64,000 bases of DNA from Balanoglossus misakiensis (Eukaryota > Animalia > Hemichordata), in assembly GCA_040954595.2 (NCBI GenBank), contig CM082596.2:7204791-7268790 (forward strand), given 5' to 3'. Under the pieces are notes generated by a model. The model had not been told where the DNA came from. It searched no databases and saw only the letters and a list, made by a program, of their open reading frames with translations. The translations under genes were made by a program, and so were the position numbers. Below, one piece after another: positions 63,001 through 64,000 of this stretch (position 1 is the first letter of the stretch; every line of letters starts with the position of its first letter).

Positions 63001-64000
63001 ATGGGTTATAGCCCATGAAAATCGTCCAGAAACCTCAATTTTTCGACTTCGCGAATTTTCAAAATCTGGTCATTTTTTGATAAAAACCATGGGTTATAGC
63101 CCATGAAAATCGTCCAGAAACCTCAATTTTTCGACTTCGCGAATTTTCAAAATCTGGTCATTTTTTGATAAAAACCATGGGTTATAGCCCATGAAAATCG
63201 TCCAGAAACCTCAATTTTTCGACTTCGCGAATTTTCAAAATCTGGTCATTTTTTGATAAAAACCATGGGTTATAGCCCATGAAAATCGTCCAGAAACCTC
63301 AATTTTTCGACTTCGCGAATTTTCAAAATCTGGTCATTTTTTGATAAAAACCATGGGTTATAGCCCATGAAAATCGTCCAGAAACCTCAATTTTTCGACT
63401 TCGCGAATTTTCAAAATCTGGTCATTTTTTGATAAAAACCATGGGTTATAGCCCATGAAAATCGTCCAGAAACCTCAATTTTTCGACTTCGCGAATTTTC
63501 AAAATCTGGTCATTTTTTGATAAAAACCATGGGTTATAGCCCATGAAAATCGTCCAGAAACCTCAATTTTTCGACTTCGCGAATTTTCAAAATCTGGTCA
63601 TTTTTTGATAAAAACCATGGGTTATAGCCCATGAAAATCGTCCAGAAACCTCAATTTTTCGACTTCGCGAATTTTCAAAATCTGGTCATTTTTTGATAAA
63701 AACCATGGGTTATAGCCCATGAAAATCGTCCAGAAACCTCAATTTTTCGACTTCGCGAATTTTCAAAATCTGGTCATTTTTTGATAAAAACCATGGGTTA
63801 TAGCCCATGAAAATCGTCCAGAAACCTCAATTTTTCCACTTCGCGAATTTTCAAAATCTGGTCATTTTTTGATAAAAACCATGGGTTATAGCCCATGAAA
63901 ATCGTCCAGAAACCTCAATTTTTCGACTTCGCGAATTTTCAAAATCTGGTCATTTTTTGATAAAAACCATGGGTTATAGCCCATGAAAATAGACCAGAAA
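57009..64000 (-). repeat. 88-bp satellite, variant B, inverted relative to A, about 79 copies, continues past the window end
   Basis: Plus-strand unit AAAAACCATGGGTTATAGCCCATGAAAATCGTCCAGAAACCTCAATTTTTCGACTTCGCGAATTTTCAAAATCTGGTCATTTTTTGAT, period 88, highly homogeneous. Confidence 0.98.

Noticed and set aside
56447-64000. CRISPR-like array
   Set aside because: Monomers are contiguous and near-identical with no unique spacers, no cas genes are present, and the context is eukaryotic. It is satellite DNA.
57009-64000. CENP-B box or telomeric repeat in the monomer
   Set aside because: TTCG is present but the rest of the NTTCGNNNNANNCGGGN pattern is not; no TTAGGG or TTAGG arrays.

Overview
Eukaryotic (invertebrate bilaterian) genomic DNA, not prokaryotic; species not identifiable from the sequence alone. 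Bases ~1-56,200 are gene-dense, with GT-AG introns. In order: the last two exons of a Vsx/Chx10 homeobox gene (+), one U1 snRNA gene (+), cytosolic tryptophanyl-tRNA synthetase WARS1 (-, 9 coding exons) head-to-head with WDR25 (+, 5 exons), a MARK/Par-1 kinase (+, 15 core exons plus 2-3 candidate microexons) and a BEGAIN/TJAP1-family coiled-coil gene (+). Introns and spacers hold many short non-autonomous DNA transposons (piggyBac-, Kolobok-, Tc1/mariner-, Harbinger- and Mutator-like MITEs). From ~56,245 the window becomes a ~45-bp minisatellite, then an 88-bp satellite that flips strand at ~57,008 and runs off the end. Main points of interest: candidate frame-preserving 12-nt microexons in MARK; the gene set matches human chr14q (WARS1-WDR25-BEGAIN, MARK3, VSX2); a sharp gene-satellite border with an inversion and nascent higher-order repeats; a young foldback MITE carrying promoter motifs. 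I found no convincing evidence of a wholly new biological system. All exon coordinates were read by eye from splice signals and reading-frame continuity.
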